A stretch of 61,314 nucleotides of DNA from a virus (Duplodnaviria > Caudoviricetes): positions 1 through 61,314 of the IMG/VR virus record IMGVR_UViG_3300025288_000022. One strand, 5' to 3'. Below the pieces are notes generated by a model. That model did not search any database. It was not told the DNA's origin and saw only the letters and a list, made by a program, of their open reading frames with translations. Positions within the stretch are counted from its first letter, which is position 1, and each line of letters starts with the position of its first letter. Below are positions 29,452-40,063 of this stretch, one piece after another. The position numbers and the translations under genes were made by a program.

Positions 29452-30633
29452 ATGGCCGTAGAATTTGTGCGAGGCGATTTCCAACCTTTCGTAGTCATTA
29501 CAAAGGTCCATCTGGGCCAAATTGAGACAGACTTGGAGCAAGGTGAGGTTGTACTCTATGATGGTACCACCATGCGCCGTGGCTCTGAGGACGTGAACAT
29601 TTCCTCTCTGCGGGCAGCTGTTAAGGTGGGATGGCTCATTCCGGAAGCCAACGAAGGGGCCCATGAGGCCCGCTATGTGGCCAAGTCTGCCGGAGTGGAG
29701 ATCCGAGCGGCAGACTCCAAGAGCGCAGATCGAGGCCCCGCCCGTCATATGGGGATGGTTGAGGACGAGGAGCGTGATATGGGTGGGCTCCAAGAAGTCC
29801 GGCCAAGCAATGCTCTTCGCACCCACAAGGCGAAGTTTGCTGGGGAAGTTTCTGAATACGATCAGGGCAAACCCATCAAGAAGAAAGCACAGGTAATTCC
29901 GGAAGAAGATCAAGAGGGTCGTGTTATTGGTGCTTTCAAGAACTCCGCGAAGGCGAAGAAAATTGATATCTCCTCTACGCAGGCTTCGGTCCTGAAGGGT
30001 CAGTTGGGACCCACGGGTGTTCAGGGTGTTCAGATTGAGAAGTTCTCAGCGGCTTCCGAGCATCTTGAAGACATTGTTCCCAATTCGGCCAGCACTGGTG
30101 TTCCTGATGCCGGGGTTGCAGGAGAGGGTGCGGGGGAGCAGTCAGAAGCTCGTGCCAAAGCCTCAGCTCTTGCTGAGGCTCGTCGCCAAGAACGTCAGGC
30201 CATGGCTCAGAAGACCTTGGGTGAGGCTACTGTTTCTGCATCTGGAGAGGCTATCCAGAACACCGAAGCTCGTGTGACTGTCCCCAAGGACATGGACACC
30301 ACGGTTAAGATCAGCTCTGGGGCTACAGCCGTAGGTGATGCCTCAGACGGTGTGGTCGTTGGTCACATTGGTACTGCACCTACCAAGACACCTGAAGCAC
30401 CCATGGATGAGGTCATCATGGATGAGGTGCCTTCCGATGCAATTGTTCAGGCCAAGATCGAGATGATCCAACAGTTCGTCCCTGGGTTCAGTTGGGACAT
30501 GAAGGATCATTGGAAGGCTCGTGTCAAGAAGGCCCTTGCTTTGAAGGGCAACATGCCTGCCCTGAATGCAGTTCTCTCTCTTGAGACGGATACGGTCCGC
30601 AAGCATGTCATGCAGGCAATCTACGGCAACTAG
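29452..30633 (+). CDS. Hypothetical protein (393 aa)
   Basis: SD GGGAG; biased codons; terminator downstream. Confidence 0.75.
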   Translation: MAVEFVRGDFQPFVVITKVHLGQIETDLEQGEVVLYDGTTMRRGSEDVNISSLRAAVKVGWLIPEANEGAHEARYVAKSAGVEIRAADSKSADRGPARHMGMVEDEERDMGGLQEVRPSNALRTHKAKFAGEVSEYDQGKPIKKKAQVIPEEDQEGRVIGAFKNSAKAKKIDISSTQASVLKGQLGPTGVQGVQIEKFSAASEHLEDIVPNSASTGVPDAGVAGEGAGEQSEARAKASALAEARRQERQAMAQKTLGEATVSASGEAIQNTEARVTVPKDMDTTVKISSGATAVGDASDGVVVGHIGTAPTKTPEAPMDEVIMDEVPSDAIVQAKIEMIQQFVPGFSWDMKDHWKARVKKALALKGNMPALNAVLSLETDTVRKHVMQAIYGN

Positions 30634-30656
30634 GCCCGCGCTATCCGGTCTATAAC

Positions 30657-30698
30657 GAACCCTCGGTAGGAAATCCCTACCGGGGGTTCTGTCTTTTG
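30657..30698 (+). terminator. Intrinsic terminator
   Basis: GAACCCTCGGTAGG/CCTACCGGGGGTTC stem then TGTCTTTT. Confidence 0.6.
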
Positions 30699-30711
30699 TG
30701 GAAGGTCCATC

Positions 30712-33324
30712 ATGAATCGACGCTCCGATCTCTCACCACCACTAGGCTTCCCTGGCGGACCTTGTCAGGTGGTTGAACGCATTCAGGATGTTCGAAACCC
30801 ACGGCTTCGGGAAGAGTTGATCGAGGATGTGGAGAAGGGTAACAAGCTGGACAACGCAGAAGCGTCCCAAGTCTATGACTTGGAGACTGAACGTGGAGCT
30901 ACAGGGACGAGGTTCAAGAGGCTTGTGCTGACCCCCCATGCACAATATCGTATGGACCAACGAGGAGTCACGGTGAATGAAGTCCGCCTAGCTCTGCAGT
31001 CTTTCCACAAGGCATGGGGGGATTTCAAGAGTCGTGGGGACGTGCGGGCTAAAGAATGGGGAGATAAGCTTCAGTCCTCAAGCCCTCTCCTGTGGACAGA
31101 TCCAAAGCTACACCTAGCGATTGCCATTACTGCCCCAGGAAAGGGGGAGGATGTGAGGTTGGTAACCACCTATTGGGTTGGACAGTCTGACCCTAGGGCG
31201 ACCTCTTGCAAAGTTGCCGATGCATACCTGAAGGAGGCTTGGAGCCCTTGGGTGAAGGACTTGGTGTCTCCCAAGTCGGAACTCAACCTCCCTACGGATA
31301 CTGATCGGGAAAAAGAAGTGGCACTTCCTTCGGGTGCTGCTACACCCAATGCCCCGGCAGGTGCTGGTGGTGGTGGCAACCGTGTCATCCCTAAAGCCGA
31401 GATGAACACTCCTGACAATGGGGTCTCGGATCGTCCTAGGACTGTGGGTGTTCCCGGTGATCAATATGGTGTTCCTTACAAGGAAGACTATGGGTACGTC
31501 ACCCGTCGCACTATGGCCTCTGCAGAGCTGATTCTTTACAACCAGGAAGCACCCAACAAGGAAATCCAGTATCCAGAAGACGGAGCGAATTACGCCCCCA
31601 CCAGCCCAACCCATTGGAGAACGGGACCGGGTAGTGGAGACCAAACACGTCCTCCTGCCTATGCCCCTCCAGACGCACACCTGGACGATGTGCCTGCAGG
31701 CAGCTCAAGGGTGGTTCCCAATGGTGATGGTCAGATGTTTGACATCGGCTTCCGTACCGCAGCTACCCTTGGTGACATTGCCTCCCAGACGGGCCCTGAC
31801 GTACACCAGAAGGCTCTGGGTGTCCAAGTCCGCCTGTCGCGTGCTGACCCTCAGAAGGGCATCTGGACGTTTACAGCGATGGGGTCCAAGGGTAAGGGTT
31901 ACACCATCAAGATCAAGGGGCTGCGCAAGGGCAACATCAAGAGCCTTGTGAAGGCGCAGGTTCAGGTGTCCTGTGACTGTCAGTTCTTTCGGTGGCAGGG
32001 TCCTGAGCACTGGGCCAGCACCAACCAGTATCTCTATGGCAAGCCTGTGGGGACCGCTTCCCGTCCAGACGTGAAAGACCCAGGCGGAAAGCATTGGGCC
32101 TGTAAGCACATTGTTGCCGTTCTGGGACAGGTGGGCCAGTACCGGTTGGCGTCCACAGACACATGGTTGACATCTGAGACAGAGGTGTTCCCCGAATGGG
32201 CCAGTGTCAGCCGAGTGGCAGATCGATTCCAGTCTCGTATTGTGGGGCAGCGTGTTGCATCTCTGGCTTTAAAAGCAGCGGGTGAGGCTGATCTTGAGCA
32301 ATTACAGCGTGGCCTGAAGATCGTGTCTTTTCTTCTGGAAGAGGCTAAGGAGCTTCCTCTGGGCTTCGCGGGGAAGCCGGGTAATTACTTCAAGAGTCCG
32401 AAGTATCCCCAAGTAGGGCTCTACTCCACTTTTGTTTTGCTGGTTCAATCTGGCCGAGCTTGGGGGGAGTATGTCATTGACCACAAGACAATCCCCCCCA
32501 AAAGTGCCAAGGCTTTGGAGTTGGCCGTTCGCCTGCTGAGTGTACAAAGAACCCCCAAGGATCTAGTCAAGTGGTTTGAAGACAATGCCAAGCGCTTCAC
32601 CGTTCTTGTGGAAGCAGGTCGTTGGCCAGAAAGAAGTGAGGAGGTTGGCATTCGAACCATTGGTTCTTTTCGTGTCCATGACACCGTAGGTTCTTCCCCT
32701 AGGGATTGGGAACGAGCGGAGCGTGTTCTTACACGGGCAGAGCGAGCCTTGTCCAAAGTGGGGCTTCCAGGCTTCTCCAGCATGGCCTATGGCGATGTCT
32801 ATCTGGTGGGTCAGTTGGGTAGGAAAAGTTGGGCGGCATGGTTCATGCCAGCAAAGGATTCCATTTACCTGCGTGTCAACATACGAGGAGTCTCCGAAGA
32901 GGACTCTGCACGACACCTTGTCCATGAGCTGGCACATCGCTATTGGAAAAATAAGTTGTCTTCAAACCTAAAGGCGGCCTGGAACAGCCACCATTGGGTT
33001 ATGTCCAACAACGCCTCATCAGGGCGAATTCCCGAAGTGGGGGAAGTACTTCCCGTGCTGGTGAACAACAAGACCGTCCGGGTTAAGGAGTATAGCGGTG
33101 GTGCAGCAGTGCTTGTAGAAGACAAGAATGATAAGCCTGTGGGCACCGTGCCTAGAATGAAGCTCTTCAGTTGGATGGCAGATGCAGAACACAAGGGAAA
33201 ATTCCCAAGTCTCTATGCAGCCACTGACGCAGAAGAACACTTTGGAGAGTCGGCCTCCCTCAAGGCCTTTGGTAATCTCAAAGGCGAGAACCTAGAATCC
33301 TTCAACACCATCTTCGATATCTAA
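30712..33324 (+). CDS. Multidomain protein: DUF4258-like RNase fold + SWIM Zn finger + HExxH zincin metallopeptidase
   Basis: LTPHAQYRMDQRGV; CDC...CKH; HELAH...YAATDAEEHFGE. Confidence 0.65.
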   Translation: MNRRSDLSPPLGFPGGPCQVVERIQDVRNPRLREELIEDVEKGNKLDNAEASQVYDLETERGATGTRFKRLVLTPHAQYRMDQRGVTVNEVRLALQSFHKAWGDFKSRGDVRAKEWGDKLQSSSPLLWTDPKLHLAIAITAPGKGEDVRLVTTYWVGQSDPRATSCKVADAYLKEAWSPWVKDLVSPKSELNLPTDTDREKEVALPSGAATPNAPAGAGGGGNRVIPKAEMNTPDNGVSDRPRTVGVPGDQYGVPYKEDYGYVTRRTMASAELILYNQEAPNKEIQYPEDGANYAPTSPTHWRTGPGSGDQTRPPAYAPPDAHLDDVPAGSSRVVPNGDGQMFDIGFRTAATLGDIASQTGPDVHQKALGVQVRLSRADPQKGIWTFTAMGSKGKGYTIKIKGLRKGNIKSLVKAQVQVSCDCQFFRWQGPEHWASTNQYLYGKPVGTASRPDVKDPGGKHWACKHIVAVLGQVGQYRLASTDTWLTSETEVFPEWASVSRVADRFQSRIVGQRVASLALKAAGEADLEQLQRGLKIVSFLLEEAKELPLGFAGKPGNYFKSPKYPQVGLYSTFVLLVQSGRAWGEYVIDHKTIPPKSAKALELAVRLLSVQRTPKDLVKWFEDNAKRFTVLVEAGRWPERSEEVGIRTIGSFRVHDTVGSSPRDWERAERVLTRAERALSKVGLPGFSSMAYGDVYLVGQLGRKSWAAWFMPAKDSIYLRVNIRGVSEEDSARHLVHELAHRYWKNKLSSNLKAAWNSHHWVMSNNASSGRIPEVGEVLPVLVNNKTVRVKEYSGGAAVLVEDKNDKPVGTVPRMKLFSWMADAEHKGKFPSLYAATDAEEHFGESASLKAFGNLKGENLESFNTIFDI

Positions 33325-33335
33325 GGAGAACCTCC

Positions 33336-33827
33336 ATGTCAGATCTACGCACCAAGATGCTCCGCATTGCCTCGAACCTCCCACAGGGGGATCCCACACG
33401 TCGAGAGCTGTTGAGCGCCCTCTCCGAAGTCAAGCCCTACAAGTTCCAAATGGGGTTGACCATCCCCAACGAGTACTGGCGTCCTGAAATGGAGGGGAAG
33501 TTCCTCAAGGCCATTCAGAAGGTTCTCCAGCATGGGGTCGTTGCAGGGAAGTTTCCAGTGGGTGAGATCAAGGGTGGCACGGTCAAGATCCAGGATGATG
33601 GCTTCTATGTCAATTCCATGTTCTACCCTGCCAGCATTGAAGAGACCGAAGCAGCCTACCACCATGTGGACAACTATTACACCCGTCGTAAGATGTGGCC
33701 CATCAACTGGACTCTCAGCTCAAATGGTGGGTTCTTCACTCAAGTCCACAAGGCCCTCCCTGAGTATGGCATGGTACTAGACATTGACTGGTATGCCGCT
33801 GAGCATATCACCGAGTACTTCCGATAG
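33336..33827 (+). CDS. Hypothetical protein with shared N-terminal leader
   Basis: SD AAGGAG; MSDLRTKMLRIASNLPQGDPTRRELLSAL. Confidence 0.75.
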   Translation: MSDLRTKMLRIASNLPQGDPTRRELLSALSEVKPYKFQMGLTIPNEYWRPEMEGKFLKAIQKVLQHGVVAGKFPVGEIKGGTVKIQDDGFYVNSMFYPASIEETEAAYHHVDNYYTRRKMWPINWTLSSNGGFFTQVHKALPEYGMVLDIDWYAAEHITEYFR

Positions 33828-33873
33828 GGCCTACTAACCCTAGTTAAGTGCACCCATTAGGAGAATCCTCACC

Positions 33874-34572
33874 ATGTCTGACTTGCAATACCGAATTGCC
33901 CATCTTGTTGAAACACTTCCTGAAGACTCTGGAATGAGACATAGCCTCACGGCTATGTTGAAGGAAGCCCTGGCGTTTCAAAAGGATGATGTGCAGATTA
34001 AGACTCTACAAGGGGAGAAAATCGTCCCTGCCCTTGTGGCGGGGTCGTGGGCTCTGCACAAGGCCGTGGCAGGTAGTGCATGGGTTATCACCTTCATTCC
34101 ATCGGGGAAGGTGGTGCTATACCCCAAGACAAAGGCAAAGGGTCTGGCCATGGTTGAGGAGATGCTAGAGGAGGTCCCATCACTTCTCCATGCACGTTCT
34201 GAATCAGATGTGATGGCCCACAAGGACTACCTGTTCACCCTGTCTTCAGGAATCCTCCCCTTTTCAAGTATCCTCGCTAAGGAACGTCTCCACAATCTTG
34301 GAGAGCCCTCTGGGAAGTCGGGAGATCAGTGGGGCCTTCCTGGTGGCTCAATTCGCATCCGTGTAGGTGCTCGTGACATTGTGGTCACCAAGTACCGCAT
34401 CAACGGCCTGAAGTTGGTGAACGGTCGGGATGCCATTGACGCTGTGTGGGAAACCATTGCCATGGTGGACCAGTCCAAGGTGGACCGGGCTAAGCTGGAG
34501 TCTTGGATTCACATGGTCAAGAATGCTCCCACCACTCAACAGCTTCGGGACGAGTATCGCGAAGGCCGCTGA
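33874..34572 (+). CDS. Hypothetical protein with divergent shared leader
   Basis: SD AGGAG; MSDLQYRIAHLVETLPEDSGMRHSLTAML. Confidence 0.75.
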   Translation: MSDLQYRIAHLVETLPEDSGMRHSLTAMLKEALAFQKDDVQIKTLQGEKIVPALVAGSWALHKAVAGSAWVITFIPSGKVVLYPKTKAKGLAMVEEMLEEVPSLLHARSESDVMAHKDYLFTLSSGILPFSSILAKERLHNLGEPSGKSGDQWGLPGGSIRIRVGARDIVVTKYRINGLKLVNGRDAIDAVWETIAMVDQSKVDRAKLESWIHMVKNAPTTQQLRDEYREGR

Positions 34573-34603
34573 TGGGTAAGGTGGTACTTTAGGAGTACCC
34601 ACC

Positions 34604-35008
34604 ATGCCCATCTATGGTTACCAGTGCTTGTCTTGTGACTTGGAATTCGACGTAAGGAAGTCCATGTCCAAATCCGATGTGGCAGAATCCTGCCCTGATT
34701 GTGATGGTGACACCAAGAGGTTGATTACAGGTTGTGGCATCATCTTCAAGGGTGACGATTGGGCTTCTAAGAACGGTCGCATTGCATCGCAAATGCGAGC
34801 TAAGCGTGCCGATTTGGGCGTTAAGCAAGAGGCCCTGCGCAGGGACACAAACATTGGTGGGCGGCTTGTCCCCAATGTGGAGGGGGAACGTACCGATTCC
34901 TGGTCGGAAGCGGCCAAGCTTGCCAAAGACAAGGGCAAGGATATAGCAGGGTATGAGAACATGCAGGCCAAGGTCAAGGCAGACACAAAGCGCATTGTCT
35001 CCCGCTAA
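34604..35008 (+). CDS. FmdB-family zinc ribbon protein
   Basis: MPIYGYQCLSC...CPDC...FKGDDW. Confidence 0.85.
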   Translation: MPIYGYQCLSCDLEFDVRKSMSKSDVAESCPDCDGDTKRLITGCGIIFKGDDWASKNGRIASQMRAKRADLGVKQEALRRDTNIGGRLVPNVEGERTDSWSEAAKLAKDKGKDIAGYENMQAKVKADTKRIVSR

Positions 35009-35045
35009 CCCTTTGATAACCTTGTAGGTTGTGAGAGGTTTACAG

Positions 35046-35735
35046 ATGGCCAGCCCAAGACTCATCGGACGTTATGCACACCATGTGGAAATGATACTCC
35101 CCCACAACAAGGGGATTCGATCTTACTCGGTGGGCTCCGCTAATGCTTTGGATACAGCCTTCACGGGCTCCACTGCCATGTTCCAAGTACCAACCGGTGG
35201 TACCTACCGGTCACCCACCATTCAACGCAAGGGGCTTGGTCGTACCCAAAACAATAATCGGGGCCTTACCCACATGCTCTACGACCCAGAAGACTTCTGG
35301 GTGGGTGGTGGTGCAATCCCCCATGATTCGGATATCTCCTATGTGAGAGTGGCAGAGGTGGACTTCGCAGGTGTTGTTCAACCGGAAGGACCCATCTTCA
35401 TTGTGCCTCCTCCAGGGTTCCTGTCCAACCCTCGCCCTTCCCTATCTCTTGCAGGGACCGCACCTCTTCTAGTGGCCTTGGCTACTGGCTTACCCCCTGT
35501 AGGTAGCTTGCACATTGTGCTCCCCACCTTCTCGGACAACATCCGTATTAGAAATCTGGATGCGGGCAACCCTTTGTTTGTCGCCTTCGGTGACGGCCAG
35601 CCTTGTGTCCAACTTCCCTTTGGACAATTGGAAACCTTCTACGATGCTGCTGTGAAGGACCTTTTCCTGTTCAGTACAGGTGGGGCTGTACTCTTCGATG
35701 CACGCTTTGCTCTTGTTAATGGTGAGATGGGATAG
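35046..35735 (+). CDS. Hypothetical protein, probably virion
   Basis: SD GAGG; 229 aa. Confidence 0.7.
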   Translation: MASPRLIGRYAHHVEMILPHNKGIRSYSVGSANALDTAFTGSTAMFQVPTGGTYRSPTIQRKGLGRTQNNNRGLTHMLYDPEDFWVGGGAIPHDSDISYVRVAEVDFAGVVQPEGPIFIVPPPGFLSNPRPSLSLAGTAPLLVALATGLPPVGSLHIVLPTFSDNIRIRNLDAGNPLFVAFGDGQPCVQLPFGQLETFYDAAVKDLFLFSTGGAVLFDARFALVNGEMG

Positions 35736-35810
35736 GCAATATTCGTTCAATATCTCCTGCATATTGTGGGGAGGACACACAAGTCCTTCTCCATAACAAG
35801 GAGTACTCCC

Positions 35811-36467
35811 ATGCCATTTATCTGCAAGGTCCGCACGGACATTCCTGACGGAATCCTTCAAGTTCTCGATCTCAAGCCCAACGAGTCTCAGCGCAACCTC
35901 ATTTATGAGCCTGCGGGTCAGACCAAGTACATCAACCGTTCGGCGACGGATACGGTTGTTCTTTCGGTGGCTACTACTCAGGCCACTGCCCATGGGTTGG
36001 GTGCATACCTCATTGACCACGTCATTGACGGTGTTGCGGCTGTTACTATCACCGCAGCTGTAGCGAATGCAACGGCCGCGTTCATTGTGGCAACCTACCT
36101 CAACCTTGGTGCTGCTTGCACTGTGGCTGCAATCAACACGGCCCTCACCGCAAATGGTGTTGCCAATGCGGGTGCAGGCACCTCGTTGGTCGCAGGTGGT
36201 TCTGATGGTACCGTAGTTGACGTACTCAAGATTCTTGCGGGTGGTGACTATGTTCTCCCTGCAGGCTCGGTTGTTGGTGCTCTTGCAGCACCTGCAGGCT
36301 TGGGTGCTTTCACCGTCGGCACTTTCCGTCACACCTATGCTACAGGCGCATTGAACATCTCTTTGGGTGAGGGGCATTTGTCCCAGTTCACCGCAGCTAC
36401 CTTCTCTTGGGGTGGTGTTGCTGGCGCGGCTCTCGTTGTCTACGCAGACGACGGTTCGCTCCTCTAA
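35811..36467 (+). CDS. Ala/Gly-rich probable virion structural protein
   Basis: SD AAGGAG; capsid-like codon bias; hairpin 36481-36507 downstream. Confidence 0.7.
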   Translation: MPFICKVRTDIPDGILQVLDLKPNESQRNLIYEPAGQTKYINRSATDTVVLSVATTQATAHGLGAYLIDHVIDGVAAVTITAAVANATAAFIVATYLNLGAACTVAAINTALTANGVANAGAGTSLVAGGSDGTVVDVLKILAGGDYVLPAGSVVGALAAPAGLGAFTVGTFRHTYATGALNISLGEGHLSQFTAATFSWGGVAGAALVVYADDGSLL

Positions 36468-36521
36468 GTTGATCTAACCCAGAAGGGGGGCTGGATGCCC
36501 CCCTTCTCTGTGGAGAATACC

Positions 36522-36767
36522 ATGGATCTTAAGAATTCATACACGACCTCGGATCTCTACTTTGCAGCCTACCTCAAGGTAGCTTGTGTCCTTTTCATGG
36601 ATACAACTCGAGAAGGCAACAAGGTGATCTTCCATTTTGATCCCGGCACAGACCCCAGCACGATGCGTGAGCTGAAGCGTCAATATTTCAGTGGGGTTGC
36701 TACTGTGTCCGCTCTGGATCTTACACAAGCCATCAAGTGGGCGAAGTCTCTTACACATCAGGGCTAA
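36522..36767 (+). CDS. Small protein (DUF5659-like, TTSDLYFAAYL)
   Basis: SD GGAG; motif recognition only. Confidence 0.55.
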   Translation: MDLKNSYTTSDLYFAAYLKVACVLFMDTTREGNKVIFHFDPGTDPSTMRELKRQYFSGVATVSALDLTQAIKWAKSLTHQG

Positions 36768-36779
36768 TTGGAGGTTGCC

Positions 36780-37676
36780 ATGGCCGTTGCATTCGATCAA
36801 GGCCAGGAACTCACCCGTGGTGACCTGGACATTTACCTCACCAACCCCAGTGGCAACCCCCTGAATGTGTATGGCATCACCTACGGCATTTACTTCGTAG
36901 ATCCCGCAACCAGTGCAGAAGTGCTCATTGGTTCGCCTACAAGGGTCCCTGTGAACCCTTCGGTGGGTGAGTACTACGCTGCCCTGCAAATCCCACCCAA
37001 CGCCACAGCAGGCTCCTACCGCATTCGTTGGGCCATTGTGGAAACCGCAGGGGCAGAGACAACCTTGGTGGTCCAAGAGTTTACCGTGGTGTCCATCGCT
37101 GGCACAGTCTCTACCAGCCCCTACTCCGTTCAAGAACAAGAGCTTATCAGCAAGCTGAGGTATCTCCTTCGAGACCGCAACCCTGACCGCAATTACCGGT
37201 TCCGCCCCCCTGAAGGGGAAGGTCAGGTGGGGTGCTATAATCAGGTGTTCGGGCACATCTGGGAAGATGAGGAGCTGCTTCAGTTCCTCCAGATCGCTCT
37301 CTGGAAATGGAACATGCAACCTCCAGAGACAGATGACCTCTCCAACATTAGCACCCTCGCCATGCGGAAGCCTTCTTGGCAAGCTGCCCTTCTATGGGGG
37401 GCTCTCGTTAATGCCGCCCAAGCCTTGGCTTATTCGTGGACTGCCGATGAATTCAGTTACTCAATCGGTGGCATCAGCCTCGATATTGAGAAGTCCTCCA
37501 AGTATATGGACCTCAAACGAAACGCTGAAGAACAATGGGATAAACTCACCGAAGCTAAACGGCTCACCACAAAGTTCTTCAGTGGATTGTCACAGCCTCG
37601 ATTTGGTAGAGGGGTTAGGAGCGCCTTTGGTGGGGCTACTGGAAGAGGGGTTCTTTCTCCTCGCAGTTTTATGTGA
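36780..37676 (+). CDS. Head-tail connector/neck-like protein with N-terminal beta domain
   Basis: SD GGAGG; ISKLRYLLRD, WEDEEL and FSYSIGGISLDI resemble large-myophage adaptor proteins. Confidence 0.55.
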   Translation: MAVAFDQGQELTRGDLDIYLTNPSGNPLNVYGITYGIYFVDPATSAEVLIGSPTRVPVNPSVGEYYAALQIPPNATAGSYRIRWAIVETAGAETTLVVQEFTVVSIAGTVSTSPYSVQEQELISKLRYLLRDRNPDRNYRFRPPEGEGQVGCYNQVFGHIWEDEELLQFLQIALWKWNMQPPETDDLSNISTLAMRKPSWQAALLWGALVNAAQALAYSWTADEFSYSIGGISLDIEKSSKYMDLKRNAEEQWDKLTEAKRLTTKFFSGLSQPRFGRGVRSAFGGATGRGVLSPRSFM

Positions 37677-37829
37677 TATTGCTGGGTTTCTAGTCCACAA
37701 CCAAACCTTCCGCTTACAAAGTAGGGAGAGGCGGGCATGGTGGTAGGAATCCTCAAGGGGGATTGCTACCAAGGCAGTAGTTCCTGTCAAAGTGGCACAA
37801 GACATTCGGATGTCTTCGCGATGAACGGA

Positions 37830-38168
37830 TCAAGCGCCCCAGCACTCAGCCGACCATCCCAGAAAGGATTCATCCTTCGCATCCGTAAGGATGAGGAAGA
37901 ATCCTTCTTCAGTCTGGAACCCTCTAGCAGTAGCACCCACAAGAGCGTTGAGGTGTAGGGAGGGAGGTTGGACGTAGAAGGCTTCCGGTTCCTGCACTGG
38001 ATCATAGAGATAGTTGAAGTCCTCTAGGTTGTTCCAAGCCACTTGCACCTTGGAGTCCTTGTGCCAATCGCGCGGGTTGCGTGGTAGAGTGGCAAGGCCA
38101 CCTACTTGGAGGCCTTGGTGGGACTTGAGTGTGTGGCTGATGAAATTCTTGCATTCCGTGTTCGTCAT
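37830..38168 (-). CDS. Hypothetical protein
   Basis: ORF downstream of the beta-helix gene; start uncertain. Confidence 0.45.
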   Translation of the reverse strand: MTNTECKNFISHTLKSHQGLQVGGLATLPRNPRDWHKDSKVQVAWNNLEDFNYLYDPVQEPEAFYVQPPSLHLNALVGATARGFQTEEGFFLILTDAKDESFLGWSAECWGA

Positions 38169-38197
38169 GGCTAAGTCTCTAGAGGTTATGTGAAGGT

Positions 38198-39040
38198 CTA
38201 CTTGTATTTGGGAGTCTTGGCAAGGTTTTCTATGCACAAACGGTGGAATAAGTCTTGTTGGACTTCTTTTTGAATCTCGGGGTAGAGACCCAAGGTCTGG
38301 AGGATTTTGGTGGTTTTTGCAGAGGTTGGTTGTGGGAGCACCTTGTCAGGGAAGCAGGTTGTTTTCAGGAATTCTTGTAGGTCTTCCAGTTGTTTGTTGG
38401 GGCCTCCTTCAAAGTTTACACGGGACTCCAGGAGTCCCCCACCAATGCTTCCATCTGTTTGACGGAAGAAGGTCCAGTCCCATCCAAAGATGGAACCCCA
38501 AGCAACGTCTGTGTGGGCTTTGATGTGGGCCTCTCCGTAGACATCAGCATTCCCGTGAATGAAGACTTCTCCTTCTACACGGGCATTGCCTGTGACAAGG
38601 ACATCTCCCCAGAGCTCTGCTTTGCCGAAAACAAAAGCATGTCCTTCGATGAAGGCTGAACCGGACAGGACAGCTTGCCCTCCAACATTAGCATTGCCTC
38701 CAACTTCAGCCCGATCGCTGAGAGAGGCAGTCCCTCGAACAAGAGCATAGCCACCCACTACAGATCTATCCTGGATGTTGCATTCGCCGTATACATGCGC
38801 ATTGTCTTTTATGGTGGCGTAATCTAAGACTTTTGCATGGTCATGGACTCTTGCATAGTTTAGGATTGAGGCATGGTAGCGTACTTCAGCCTTGCCATAG
38901 ACCATTGCTGTATAGTTGAGGGTGGCAGTAGGAGCCACATAGGCTGTATCCGCGACCCAGCCACCTTCCGAACCATCAGGGTTCTGATGGCGATGGGCGG
39001 GTACATCGCCATTGCCATCTTGGAAATCGAATTTACTCAT
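38198..39040 (-). CDS. Left-handed beta-helix (hexapeptide repeat) protein
   Basis: GGWVADTAYV followed by VYGKAEV/VGGNANV/VTGNARV hexapeptide repeats. Confidence 0.85.
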   Translation of the reverse strand: MSKFDFQDGNGDVPAHRHQNPDGSEGGWVADTAYVAPTATLNYTAMVYGKAEVRYHASILNYARVHDHAKVLDYATIKDNAHVYGECNIQDRSVVGGYALVRGTASLSDRAEVGGNANVGGQAVLSGSAFIEGHAFVFGKAELWGDVLVTGNARVEGEVFIHGNADVYGEAHIKAHTDVAWGSIFGWDWTFFRQTDGSIGGGLLESRVNFEGGPNKQLEDLQEFLKTTCFPDKVLPQPTSAKTTKILQTLGLYPEIQKEVQQDLFHRLCIENLAKTPKYK

Positions 39041-39201
39041 GACCACCCCAACACTTCTGGTTCAAACCACGCCTAACACCAATCTCCAATTCTGGCTTGT
39101 TGCTCAAAGCTTCCAACACTCTGGTGGCATCACCCTCATTGAAGGGATGCCGTGTTGGCATGGCGTTCTTTGCCTATATATCTGTGCTGTAGGAGGTATA
39201 T

Positions 39202-39423
39202 ATGGCTCATAGAGAACTTCTGCGAGAAAAGCTACAAGAGGCTTTAGAGGCTGTTGACGGACAAGCTTCGGTTGTGGAGGCCTTGCAGGAGATTGTTTGG
39301 CTCCTTGCAACCTTGACCGTGTCTGAAGACGTGATGGTGGAAAGTGTCGTATCCGCGTATCGGGATGCGTGCCAACAAGCCTATCAGGTCATCTCCGAAG
39401 AGACAGAGGGTGAGGTCAATTAG
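39202..39423 (+). CDS. Small helical hypothetical protein
   Basis: SD AGGAGG; CCTATA at 39173. Confidence 0.7.
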   Translation: MAHRELLREKLQEALEAVDGQASVVEALQEIVWLLATLTVSEDVMVESVVSAYRDACQQAYQVISEETEGEVN

Positions 39424-39573
39424 GACTCTCTGTTCAGTATTTTCTTGAGTGCGTGTCAAGACTTTTTGTCTCACCCACACCCAACGAGCGAAGCTAATCT
39501 TTCATCATTTTTGTTTGGTTTAAGCCCTAGGGGAATACCCAATCGGGTACATCCTGTGTCAAGACTTTCTTGT

Positions 39574-40062
39574 TCAGTATTCCTTGGAAAGGTGGTCATA
39601 AATTGGTGTGACCGTGTCAGCATAGGCACGGGCCATGGGTCCCGATCCATTGTACTTGCGGAGCGTCTTCCAGATGTTCCCATTAGTCCTTTGAAGGTGT
39701 CCCTGGAGGATGAAGGCAGCACACCGGAGGTTGGTTTCAGGGTCCCAAAGGTCCTGTGATTGCCTGATGAACCCTTCCTTGACAAGAGTTTCACTCCAGA
39801 CCTTGGGGTGGATTTGAGTCAAACCGATCTCCCCAGAGGATCCCAGTGCCTTGGGGTTGCAGGTGGACTCATGGGTCACCACTGCGGAGAGGAGGGCAGG
39901 CGACATTCCTGTCTCTCCAGCCACCTTTTGGACTAGGGCGTCTAAGTCTTCGGATCCACGTTGTCCACAGAGTTCAGTCCATTGTGGTGTGGGGACAGGG
40001 ATGGGCTCCAAGGTTTGGAGCGGGGTGTTGCGACACCCCAAGAGGATAATGATGGCCAGCAT
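39574..40062 (-). CDS. SLT-domain lytic transglycosylase, possible lipoprotein
   Basis: HES catalytic motif, GLTQI, YNG; N-terminus MLAIIILLGC is lipobox-like. Confidence 0.85.
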   Translation of the reverse strand: MLAIIILLGCRNTPLQTLEPIPVPTPQWTELCGQRGSEDLDALVQKVAGETGMSPALLSAVVTHESTCNPKALGSSGEIGLTQIHPKVWSETLVKEGFIRQSQDLWDPETNLRCAAFILQGHLQRTNGNIWKTLRKYNGSGPMARAYADTVTPIYDHLSKEY

Positions 40063-40063
40063 C

